Part shown: positions 53,751 to 64,000 of the stretch, piece by piece
Layout of the letters: each line of letters starts with the position of its first letter
Numbering within the stretch: position 1 is the stretch's first letter
Assembly (NCBI GenBank): GCA_013265495.1
Contig: MU058844.1
Location: 11,740,184 to 11,804,183 of the forward strand
Length of the DNA stretch: 64,000 nucleotides
Source of the DNA: Vicugna vicugna
Lineage: Eukaryota
Reading direction: 5' to 3'
Position numbers and translations under genes: made by a program
Notes under the pieces: model-generated
Seen by the model: the letters and a program-made list of their open reading frames with translations, nothing else
Told to the model about the DNA's origin: nothing
Databases searched by the model: none

Positions 53751-54949
53751 TGTTATATTTAGCTATGTATTTAACAGGACGGAAACATATTCATTCAGTC
53801 CGACTAGTTTGTGAGAGATGAAATGAAATGCAAATGGATTATAAGGACATTTCTTTATCATGCTTGCCAGAGAATATGTGATATGATATGATTTCAAAAA
53901 AACACCAACGGCCAGAAATGCAGTGTTTGTTCAAGTGTGTATGGTCTTAGTCTGCTTAGCTAATTTCCATAATCATCATATTCTCCTTTGTGAAATGGAA
54001 ATACAGAGATACCTAATCTGTATTGGTAGTTATAAGAAATAAATGCAATATAAATTTCAAAAGCAATGGAATGCCAAATAAAAAATAGGTACTTATAATA
54101 CAAATTATTGATGAGCTGTTTCAGTATTAGGTCAGCTGAGACGTGGATGACTTGGAGACACAGCTATAAAAAAACAAAGGTTTGTGAGACTGGAAGTTGA
54201 GCTCAATGAGTGTAGAATCCATAAGAAAATATGTACATGGGTGTTCTCTCTTGAGACCTCATTAGAACTGCACAATTCCCACAATGCTTTGAACAACATA
54301 AATACCAAAGACAGAGACATATTATACATACATACACCTGCACACACCTGTCAACCAGCCCCAGTACACCCCCAAATGACAATATAAAAGAAGAACAGGA
54401 CAAAATAGGAGCTTAGAATTGGCTGATGGAGACTATCAGTACAGCTCATGCTGAAAGAAAGCAGAAGAAGGAACCACAGCAGGCAGATCAGTACTGAGCC
54501 CAGGACAGCCTACAGGCTTGCAATTCAATTGCTGCAACAAAGTAACGGGAACTTGAAGTCAACAGAGATTAACTAAGGTCTAGCTAAGGAAAGACCACTT
54601 AGGCTTTGAGTAAAATAAATATGAGAGAGTAGAGATGGGGCAAAATGGCAAGAAAGGGTGATAAAGAATGAGGTCAGAGCTCCTGGATGACATGGAAAAC
54701 ACCAGTAAATATTTAAACCTCCTATTAAGTTAAAGGATGAGGTGCTGTGATAGTATGCACTAGTCGTTTACTGAAATACCCTGTAATGATTCAGAAGACT
54801 CATATTCACGGATAGTGGAGACCAAGAATCAATAAAAGTGGCCAGTGGGTATAGGAGAAGCACAAGAAGAAGACAAAGGGAAGGGACAAGAATTCAAAAT
54901 CACGACTTCTAGAGAAAAATCAATTTTTTCTTTTGGATATCTTCCTAGA

Positions 54950-55115
54950 CCAGAGCTTGTCAAATGGTTATGAGCCTATTAATCACGTGGGACTTGTTGA
55001 GATGCAGATTATATTTCAGGAGATCTAGGGCAGAGCCCAAGAGTTGGCATTTTTAACAAACTCACAAGAGACACAGGTGATCCTTTTACCACTGGTCCAC
55101 ACTTTAACCAGTGAG
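54950..55115. mobile_element. MER5-family hAT MITE remnant
   Basis: aatcacgtgggacttgttgagatgcagatt...ggcatttttaacaaactc...ggtccacacttt matches the MER5A/B pattern. Confidence 0.6.
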
Positions 55116-55139
55116 GTACTGGTGTGGAAGCAACTTGAG

Positions 55140-55620
55140 AACCTGTTTGACGTGGGTCTTCTGTGGCTGTTCACTGGCCTCCAGCAGGCCATGATCTACA
55201 TAAAGCTTTGCTTTATTTTGGACCACACAGTTTAAAATCTACAATTAAAAAGTAGAAGATTTCACATAAAGATTGGGTTTTCTGTTCCTGTTAAAATTCT
55301 AAGACAGTTGGCATCTTATACCTGTCAAATATCAATTAACACTGGAGCGGAGGGAAAGTTACCCCTTTAGAGGAGGCATGTCCTTTCCAATCCCCAGCAG
55401 TCCTCTTCACCAGCAAGTAAATCCCCAACAGAGGCAGAGACTCCTTCCTATCCATCATGCAATTGTTATGTTGATTTTGTTCATAGAGAAATGAGTTTCC
55501 ATACCTCTGTTTGTCAAAACTGAGAAAACAAATTTAAACCAAGTTGTATTACACTGTGTACTTTTCCCATATCAGTCATGTGTATTATCTGCCAATCCTC
55601 TTTACATTTTTGACTTTGTA
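55140..55620. mobile_element. Ancient hAT-Charlie remnant (MER102-like)
   Basis: gatttcacataaagattggg...ttacccctttagaggaggcatgtcctttcca resembles MER102-type consensus and the 57.1-57.4 kb region. Confidence 0.45.
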
Positions 55621-56689
55621 ATAGGTGGGTCTTATTCATCTATCTATTTCCAGTATCTGAGAGAGCCTGGCAAACAGTACAATGAAATGAATTTCTAATA
55701 GAAAACAGAGACTCGGAATCAAGAGCTTTCTTTTGGAATCCTTTAGCAGTACTGTTTTGTTACATTAATATTTAACATGCAGCAGATCCATGAACTACAC
55801 TTACATCTACCTACAGTGAATCCAGAGGTTCACAGTCAATCTTTTAGATGAATTTTGTGGCCTGGCAAATTAGAGAATGTTTGGGGCTGTAGTAATTCTG
55901 AAAAAGATCTTGGTTACTGATATCAGAAATGATGATAAAATTAAAATTAAAAGTGCAACCTTAAGACTATATATCACTTATTTCATTAATTTTCTAACAT
56001 TAGCACCACTTGCTCAGTTTTATGACAGATTTCCATTGTCCTAAAAATAGCATTAAAGAAATTTTTTTTTCAACTGGTAATAGAGATCAAAAGACAAACC
56101 AAATGGCCACAAAAGTTCAGAATCAAATCAAATCCCACTCACAGTGGTTATAAATCATAATTTATACTTTTATATGAGCTCTTTGCAAAGGAGTGGGAAA
56201 CATGACTCCTCCTATCAGATCTGTGTATTTTGTTTAAAAAGGAACATTTGTGTAAATGTTTCCAGACAGAATTTTTTAAAATGTGTGTGTGTATATATAT
56301 ATATTGGTATAGGGTGGAGTAACATGAAAGGAAGGCAGATTTGAAACAGAATCACGATGCCTACTTAAAGGAGACACTTATATATTTAAGAAAATATTAA
56401 ACTTCTATATTTTATACAAAGCTCAGGAGCCAAATTCTGTATGGAGAATAGAACTACTGAGAACATTAACAACAGAAGAGTCAGAGCCAAATAATAGAAA
56501 GGCAGGTTCTAATCAAAATACTTACCTTGTATTTGGAGAGTAAAACCGAAGTTTTTTATTCTCTAGCCTGTCCAAGATTCAAAAAGTGTCCCCTTTACTG
56601 TTTATCATGAAATAATTGACCAGCAAGTTTTGAACATTGTATCATCCACAGTCTACTATTCTTTTCTTTCCTCCTTCCCACAAAATACA

Positions 56690-56692
<3 letters not shown>

Positions 56693-56726
<34 letters not shown>

Positions 56727-56730
56727 ACAC
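56693..56730. repeat. (AC)n microsatellite
   Basis: AC run with one interruption. Confidence 0.95.
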
Positions 56731-57089
56731 CCCCCTTCTTTTAAAACTATGTTCTTAAAATCAGGTCAGTCCCAGACAAACTAGCAAGTCTCTGTTGACT
56801 TTCCACTTTTTCGTCCTATTACTCTGTTCTCATTTGACATCCCTGGTCCCTTCATTGTACCCCATCACCAGGGTCCTAGCCCCGCAAGGCCACCGTGGAG
56901 GAAGCTGAGAAAATACATATCTTTCAAGAAACAATGCTGTCCTTTCCTTATCTCTCTTCTGTCAGACCCCATCATCTCATATCTCTTTCAAATGTGCCCT
57001 AATTTGCTAATATTTTAATAAGTGACTCCTGTAAGGTAAGGCATTTTGTGTCAAAAAAAAATTGAAATACTTGAGAAATATTTTGAGAA

Positions 57090-57460
57090 CAGAGGTAGTC
57101 GACTGGATCAGGCCCTCCAAAGATGCTTTGCTTGACAAGCACAGTGTTTTAAAAAAGATTTTAGCTAGTTTTTAAAACTCAGACTGTTTCACACACACAA
57201 CGCAGAGTACTAACCACTATACGATCACGGCAGACTGTTTCAGATTTCTGGCTTCTTTTGAGAAATGGGGCGATCTGGCTGCACGAGGCCCCAATTCATG
57301 CATTTTGATAGTGAGGGAGAGCTGTCTCTTTAATATGGAAGCTGTACTTTTTAGTTAACCCATTCTCCTCACCATTACCTGTTGTTCATATAATCAGCCC
57401 TTTTCACACATTTACCCTTCTTGTCTGGTCCCCAAATGCATTTCTTTCATTGTATAATTC
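57090..57460. mobile_element. Ancient hAT-Charlie remnant (MER102-like) hosting the tRNA-His retrocopy
   Basis: agatttctggcttcttttgagaaatggggcgatctggc and downstream similarity to the 55.2-55.6 kb copy. Confidence 0.45.
57196..57231 (-). pseudogene. Tailless retrocopy of the 5' half of tRNA-His(GTG)
   Basis: Minus strand GCCGTGATCGTATAGTGGTTAGTACTCTGCGTTGTG equals the first 36 nt of vertebrate tRNA-His(GTG) as recalled, ending at the anticodon. Flanked by direct repeat agactgtttca (57181-57191 and 57232-57242); no poly(A). Confidence 0.92.
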
Positions 57461-58843
57461 CTGTGCTGGGTATTAGCTAGTCCTTTCTGGGTCTGCTAGC
57501 TGCACCTGGTGGGGTTGGTTAAAATAATGAAATCCCAAGAATTGTTTCTTTTTTTTTCCCTAATAAGCAAGCCTGCTTCACTATCAGTAGATTATTGTTT
57601 TTCAAACCCAAATTAATGAGGTTTCTATATTAACATGAAGTATTATTTAGAGCAAGATTCAGAGATCTATAACAGAGGTATATTTCCCCTAACTTTTATC
57701 TTGGCTTATAAACTGTTTTGAGTCTTATTTTAGAGATAGAAACCTTTCTAGGTTATGTTCATAATTGTCATGCTGGGAGGGCGGTGACAGCACCGTGGAG
57801 TTAGTCAACTGGAAAAAACATCTAGGAAAGTGCTGGGCAAAGTTCCAAAGTCAACAAACCAAAGTCAAGCTGCTATAGTTTCTGGAAGTCGGGAATGGGG
57901 AGGGGATCTCAAGTTCTGAGATCTAGGAGAGCAAATCACACATTTGAAAGAGGAAACAGGTAAGTGTCAGGGAGTTAGAGAAAGCCAGCTGCACTGATGG
58001 GCAAAAACAAGCTGTCCTATGACATCCCTGGAGTTTTTGCAGAAAATAGGCAGCTGTCTGCGTACTTTTTAGAACACATTAGTGTAACAAGACAGCAACT
58101 AGGAGAGCGATACTATAATCACAGAGTTTTCATTTTACTATCAACAATGTGAAGGAAGTTCTTAGAGCATCCTGAAGATACTTCTCCAGCTCTGACAAGC
58201 TCACTCTGCTTTAAATACCACTGAAAAATTCTGATTGAAAGGTTTGATTGCAAAGCCTTATTGGAACAAGGTATCATTCTTGCCAACTAACTCTATGACC
58301 CTGAAACTCTAATTCTGTCTTGGAGCAAATCTTAACCTCTGAAAATTAGATTAAACATGCCTACGCAATTCCAAGTTTTCAATCCCCTTGCCTTCACTTT
58401 TTCTCAGATTGCTTATCTGATGTTTCTTACATTAACAGATTAATTTTATCAATTCACTTTTAATAAACATACTTACATGACTATGTCCATAGAAGTACTC
58501 ATTGCAGTTCAACTCTAATATAAATATATTGCATTATGGACTTCAACTGCACCTTTTCTTTCTTTTTTTCTTTAAACAATTACTCTTGAATTTAATGCTT
58601 GAGGAAAAACTTCATATTTAGCAGCAGAGAAAGTCTGATGGAACAGTAAACTCCTAAGGAAATGTTTAATCTGGTAGAAGGGAACCTCCATAAACGTTGA
58701 CACCAGAAGATGTATAGCATGAAGCAAGGGGTAGTTGGTTATTTAGCTCATTCCTGAGGTTCTTAAGCATATCAAATTTCCTTCCTTAGTTCCTTTATGT
58801 TCCTCTGATTCTGATTTTATATTTATAAAGACCTTTTCTGAGG

Positions 58844-58881
58844 GTGGTGGGTGGGTATAGCTCAGTGGCAGAGTGCATGCT
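58844..58881 (+). pseudogene. 3'-truncated (tailless) tRNA-Ala(AGC)/Vic-1 SINE head
   Basis: GGGTGGGTATAGCTCAGTGGCAGAGTGCATGCT stops at the anticodon-loop position; no B box or tail. Degenerate TSD aagaccttttctgagg (58828-58843) / aagccctgttcttcagg (58882-58898). Confidence 0.75.
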
Positions 58882-60083
58882 AAGCCCTGTTCTTCAGGAA
58901 ACTAACATCCATTGAGATATTAATAGTTGTCTATCAATGGCACTGGATGATTATCAAGAAACTCCTCATCACTTATGATACTTTCCCCTTACTTAACTAA
59001 TATCAAAGTTAGTTACCTACCAAATAATCATTACCTGTCTCTCCTTTTCCTTTATTAAGAGCTAACGCATATTCATTACTTTTTACCAGGTACTGTATTA
59101 AGCACTTCATACCTATTTTCTCACTATTATTCTCATTTTCTGATAAAGAAAATGAGACTTACCAGATTTCAATAATTTTCTCAAAATCATGCAGGTAATA
59201 AATGGTAAAGTTGAAAGTAAATCCAGAGAGTTGGATTCTACAGCTTGCCTCCTCTATGAACTTTAAGGGGAAGCTTTGATGATCATCATAAAGAAATAAT
59301 TTTCCATCAGCAAGAAGATATAGGTAGAATTCTTCAACACACATTTGTATTAAATGCTTCTCCTCAGTGATTATACGCTATGACATAGGCTTACAACTTT
59401 ATTATCTTGACTGCACATTAAATATGTCATGTTTTCATAATTTATTAAGTAACTAATTTATAAGAGTATTTTTGCCTTCTACTCTAATGTTAGTTTGAAT
59501 TATTCCTCCCTATTATTGAGTATCTTGTTAATATCACAATATAACAAGAATTATAATTATAGAAGTGTTCCATGGTCAGATGCATTTGAGAAATTTTTGT
59601 GTAGGTCAATTCCTTTAAACTCATAAAAGTGACAGAGTGGATGACTAGCCTCCACAAAGGCTTCTGCTAGACTAGTAGATGAGGAATTATACCTGCAAGG
59701 CTGTTGGTCACAGAGCAGCAAAGGGGAGAAACTGATGGAATCAATGACACCATTCCCGTGAAGGAAAATAAATGGAAACAGGACCAGTGCACTTAGGATG
59801 AATGGCTTGTCTCTGGAAGGCAGCACAGTGTTAACAGAAGCATATTAGACTGAAAAGCTGGGGTCCAGTGCCATTTCTATGGCTGCTGGCTTTTGGAGTT
59901 GTGCATAAGTCTTGCAACTCAAATTATTTCAATGAACAAGCATTTGCTAAGTTGCTAGCTGTGATTTACATGACACAGCGCATCATAGTAAGTCACTGAA
60001 CTTAGGTTGTTACTGTTTCAGAAATGTAATAAGCCACAAATAATAGGACTGGAAATTTGTTAAAGAGTTTTGGGGAAAAAATG

Positions 60084-60550
60084 TAGGCACACCTCATTTT
60101 ATTCTGTTTTGCTTTATTGTGCTTTGCAGATACTGAGTTTTTTACGATAAGAAAGTTTGTGGCAAACCTGTGTTAAGCAAGTCTATCAGTGACATTTTCA
60201 CAACAGTGTTTGCTCACTTCACGTCTCTGTGTCACATTTTGGTAATTCTCACAATATTTCAAACTTTTCCATTATTACTATATCTGTAATCGGTGATCGC
60301 TGATCAATGATCTCTGCTGTTCCTACTGCAAAAAGACTAGCATTTTTTAGCAATAAAATATTTTTAACTGAAGCAGGTAGTTTTTTTTTTAAGACATAAT
60401 GCTACTGCACAATTAACAGACTAAAGTATAGTGTAAACACAACTTTTATATGTACTAGGAAACCAAAAACGTTATGACTTGCATCATTGCAATATTTGCT
60501 TTATTTCAGTATTCTGAACCCAAACCTTCAGTGTCTCCAAAGTATGCCTG
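60084..60550 (+). mobile_element. Tigger1 internal-deletion derivative (Tigger1a_Art-like)
   Basis: taggcacacctcattttatt...aagtatgcctg|ta; Tigger1 left and right ends joined at the same junction as the 29-kb copy. Confidence 0.88.
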
Positions 60551-61499
60551 TATCGAGATTTGAGAGTAAGAGAAATGAGACTGCCACCACCCCAAACAGA
60601 TGACATATATATATATTTGTCTCTCAAGAACATCAAAGGAGATGAGAAACAAAAGCACTTTACAGAATACTTTAAGTTCAACATAATATGAAAAAAAAAT
60701 GCTCACCACACAACATTTACTAAGTTAGTATCAATATAATTTTTGGTAATACATTTATACTGAGTGACAGCATAGATACAGAATACCATATCTAAATTAC
60801 TGGGAAAATATATTTGATTTCAGTTATTTTGTTATTTCAGTTTGTTTCACTTCCCAATTTTTGTAGCAGAAATACCAAGGAAAAGTTCTAACATTTCATC
60901 ATAAGCATTAAATTAACAGGCAGACTTACTTATAAAATAGGATAATCTTGCTTAAGAGAAGAAAGAGCGGAAAATATTTCACTAACCACAGGCTGCTTCG
61001 GAGAACTATCTTGGGTCTAAATTATTAAATCATTTATTATATTAGAATATTGGGCACGACTCCCTCCCTTTGAACTAGAGTCTGAAACATTATAGGCATT
61101 TCAGATGTTGATGTGACTTGAAGTCACTTTCAGAAGAACTTGAAGCTTTCCTACAGAGTTTACAGATAGCTGTTTAAGACACTTTGTGGAATACCTACTT
61201 GGTGCAAAAAGTCATCTGCATACTTTATACTATAATCTTACAGTTGTTATATTGAGATTTAAGGATATTTCTCTAAGTCAACATAGAGCACGCTATTTAC
61301 CCTCTGAGGTTTTGTATAAGTATCAAAGCATAACAGATGTTCTCAAAATTAAAAAGGAAAGGTAAAATATAGACATGCTTTGCTAATTTCAACCATGGAT
61401 GACCAAATATGAAGTAGATATGAGCTACGGGATAAAAATTACTGTATTTCTTTACTTCATAATTTCTTTAAAATTAAAGAAATCAAAATAGGCTGCAAA

Positions 61500-61766
61500 C
61501 CACAAGTTTATATTCTATGTCTGTGAGTCTGGGATTTCAAAATTGTAGAATAGATAAACAAGATTATACTGTATAGCACAGGGAAGTATATACAAGATCT
61601 TATGGTAGCTCACAGAGAAAGAAAATGTAACAATGAATATACATATGTTCATGTATAACTGAAAAATTGTGCTCTACACTGGAATTTGACACAACATTGT
61701 AAAATGATTATAAATCAATAAAAAAATGTTAAAAAAAAATAAAATCCAGGCAAAAGCTGAAAAAAT
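61500..61766 (+). mobile_element. 5'-inverted (twin-primed) young L1 3' end
   Basis: Perfect 14-bp TSD aaataggctgcaaa (61486-61499 / 61767-61780). 61500-61530 is antisense L1 (tctatgtctgtgagtct, also seen at about 25733-25750); sense 3' UTR and A tail follow. Confidence 0.9.
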
Positions 61767-62470
61767 AAATAGGCTGCAAATAGCAAAGTTCTCAGCAAAA
61801 TCATTCATCAAAAAAATTTAACCAAGAGCTCAAATTTGATTAAATATAAATTATAATTTGTTTAGAATGAGAATCTGTAAAATGAAGACTTATGAGACTA
61901 ACGTAAGATAAAATTCAAAGATTATGTTCTAGTTCTTAGGTTTTTCTCGTATTCGTATGGGTTTGGTTTTAGTTTTGAGTAACTAGCCAAGCTTCAGACA
62001 GACACAGGACAAGAGTGGGAACTACTGCATAGATTCACAGAGTCCAAATTTATCATAGAAGTTCTTTGTATATCCCGAAGTTACCAAATGCAGATGAATG
62101 CTGTAACTACTGGACATATTTTCTTATGCTCATGTGAGGACTAGAATTTTCTTCCACCCTAAAGATACAAATAGTACTTAGAAATGAGATTAAGAAGAAC
62201 CCAAAGTTATGGGTTCATGTACATCACTAATTACCATGGTGTTTCAACAATTCGACAGTCATTAATCCTGAACTGTAACTAAGGGTAATTAAAATTAATG
62301 AAAAGGCTCTTTAAGTTCAATATAACATGATTTTCTGAGTTCAGTATAACATTGTCACAGAGCAAAAGAATATTTGCTGTGTTATCGTTGAAATAATTAT
62401 GGTTAGTTAAAATAGTTGCGTTTACCATGAATTGTCCAGCATTTAAATTTTAATCCTAGATAAATCCACC

Positions 62471-62500
62471 TGTATTAGTCAGGGTTCCTCAGGGAGACAG

Positions 62501-62537
<37 letters not shown>

Positions 62538-62915
62538 ACACACGCACGATGTATACCCAGGACTGGGAAGTCCCAAGGTGTGCATTTGGCAAGCTGGAGA
62601 TCCAGGAGAATGGGTTGTATAATTCCAGTTGGAGTCCAAAGGCCTGAGAACCAGGAGAACCAAAGAGGTAGGTTCCAGACCAAGGGCAGGAAAATACTGA
62701 TGTCCCAGCTCAAGGACTCAGCCTTTTTGTTCTATTCAGGTCTTCAATTGAGTGGATGAGGCACATCCACATTAGGAGGGTATCTTTACTCTGTCTACCA
62801 GTCCAGATGCCATCTCACCCATTAACACCTTCACACTCATACTCAGAGTCATGTTTGACCAAATGTCTGGGCACCTGTGACATAATCAAGGTGACACATA
62901 AAATTAAACATCATA
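62471..62915 (-). mobile_element. Solo LTR, MLT2B/C-like (ERVL), with internal (CA)n
   Basis: tgtattagtcagggttc...gcaagctggagatccaggaga...gacacataaaattaaacatcata. Confidence 0.85.
62502..62548. repeat. (AC)n microsatellite within the MLT2 LTR
   Basis: AC run with two interruptions. Confidence 0.95.
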
Positions 62916-64000
62916 TGACCCAAAAGGATGTTCCTTTTAAACTTCATCATTTTTCTAAGATGAAATGAGCTGTTTTATTTCTCTTAAAGTTTATTGTTCA
63001 TTTTAAAATTAAATTAAATAATACATATTGATTAATATAATACTCCAAAAAAGGATAATTTACATTTACAGAAAAATGAATTCAGAATTAAAGATCTCAA
63101 AGGCATTGCAAATATCTAAATAATTCTATCAAAGGAGAAAACCACATTAATATGTAGTAACTCCTCTAGTCCTTCCAATAAATATTCATTGAGCTGCTAT
63201 TAAGTTTTGGGCATTTTGCTAAATGCAAATGATATATGAATGAGTGAAGTAGATATGATCTCTGTTATCATTGGACTTTTAATCTAGTGGAGAAAACCAG
63301 CATTTCATAATCACACAAATCAATACAAATTTTGATAAAACTTGACTATATCCCTAAACAAGGTACAGTCTTTCCCTGGATACTGGTTCTAAAGTTACCT
63401 GTAAGTCACACATTACTCACACTCAAATTTTCCCTTGAAAAATACTTCAGTTTCCCCTCAATTAGAAAATGTATAGTTTTAAGCATACAAATCTATACCG
63501 TTGTATGGAAATCGAAACCAAGAAGAAATTCAAGTCTTCTATCTCATGAGCACCCAAGGGGTAGAACTGAATGGAATGATGGGCTGAATTTTCCATAGCA
63601 TTCAAATTATTTTCTCTCAATATCTACTCCCATTTTCTCCCTCTCTTACCAGCTCCTATGAATAAAATTTTCTAAATTAAATGCACTTATGATGGGACAT
63701 CACTGTGAGGGATGCATCTGTTTCTTGAGAATGAGACTATCTTTAAGGCAAGGTCAAAATTGTATTCTTAGCATCTAACATTGTAACTGGAACCTAAAAT
63801 AATTGTTTATTTAATTAGCATGGAAAACTGTTGTCAAAACTCAGACTAGAAAAGAATCCTCCATTCTCAAAAAGCTTGTAATCCACACCATACTAAATGA
63901 AAACAATTGAAAAATCTCATACAAAGACATTTTAAATTGACTATGGTGACTGAAGTCAAGTGGTAGAGTTATAAATCATGTCAAAAGGCAACACTAGACT

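Noticed and set aside
57196..57231. Functional tRNA genes at 57.2 kb, 13.5 kb or in the SINE heads
   Set aside because: The halves lack the T arm, B box and 3' acceptor strand; the full-length heads have A tails and TSDs typical of SINEs.
1..64000. Prokaryote-type systems (CRISPR arrays, operons, rRNA) and NAV3 exon 1/promoter
   Set aside because: Sequence is mammalian intron with no regularly spaced repeats, no CpG island and no further NAV3-like exon found; the upstream exon lies beyond the right edge.

Overview
AT-rich mammalian intronic DNA, almost certainly camelid (alpaca, vicuna or camel), judged by its tRNA-Ala-derived Vic-1-type SINEs and artiodactyl-type Tigger1 and L1 elements. 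The only protein-coding content I can support is three consecutive minus-strand exons (118, 53 and 73 nt) encoding most of the calponin-homology domain of Neuron Navigator 3 (NAV3; exons 2-4 by recalled human numbering). Positions 18981-64000 are the 3' part of the long preceding intron, and the rest is ancient and lineage-specific interspersed repeats and microsatellites. The most notable unexplained signals are: (i) three independent 'tailless' retrocopies of tRNA 5' halves (His-GTG, Ile-AAT and Ala-AGC/Vic-1), each cut in the anticodon loop, lacking poly(A) and flanked by target-site duplications (TSDs); (ii) a strong unannotated 3' splice site in NAV3 intron 3 with two upstream RBFOX motifs, which would add a premature stop; (iii) two small twin-primed, 5'-inverted L1 insertions. 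Repeat family names come from recalled consensus sequences, not a database search, and their boundaries are approximate.
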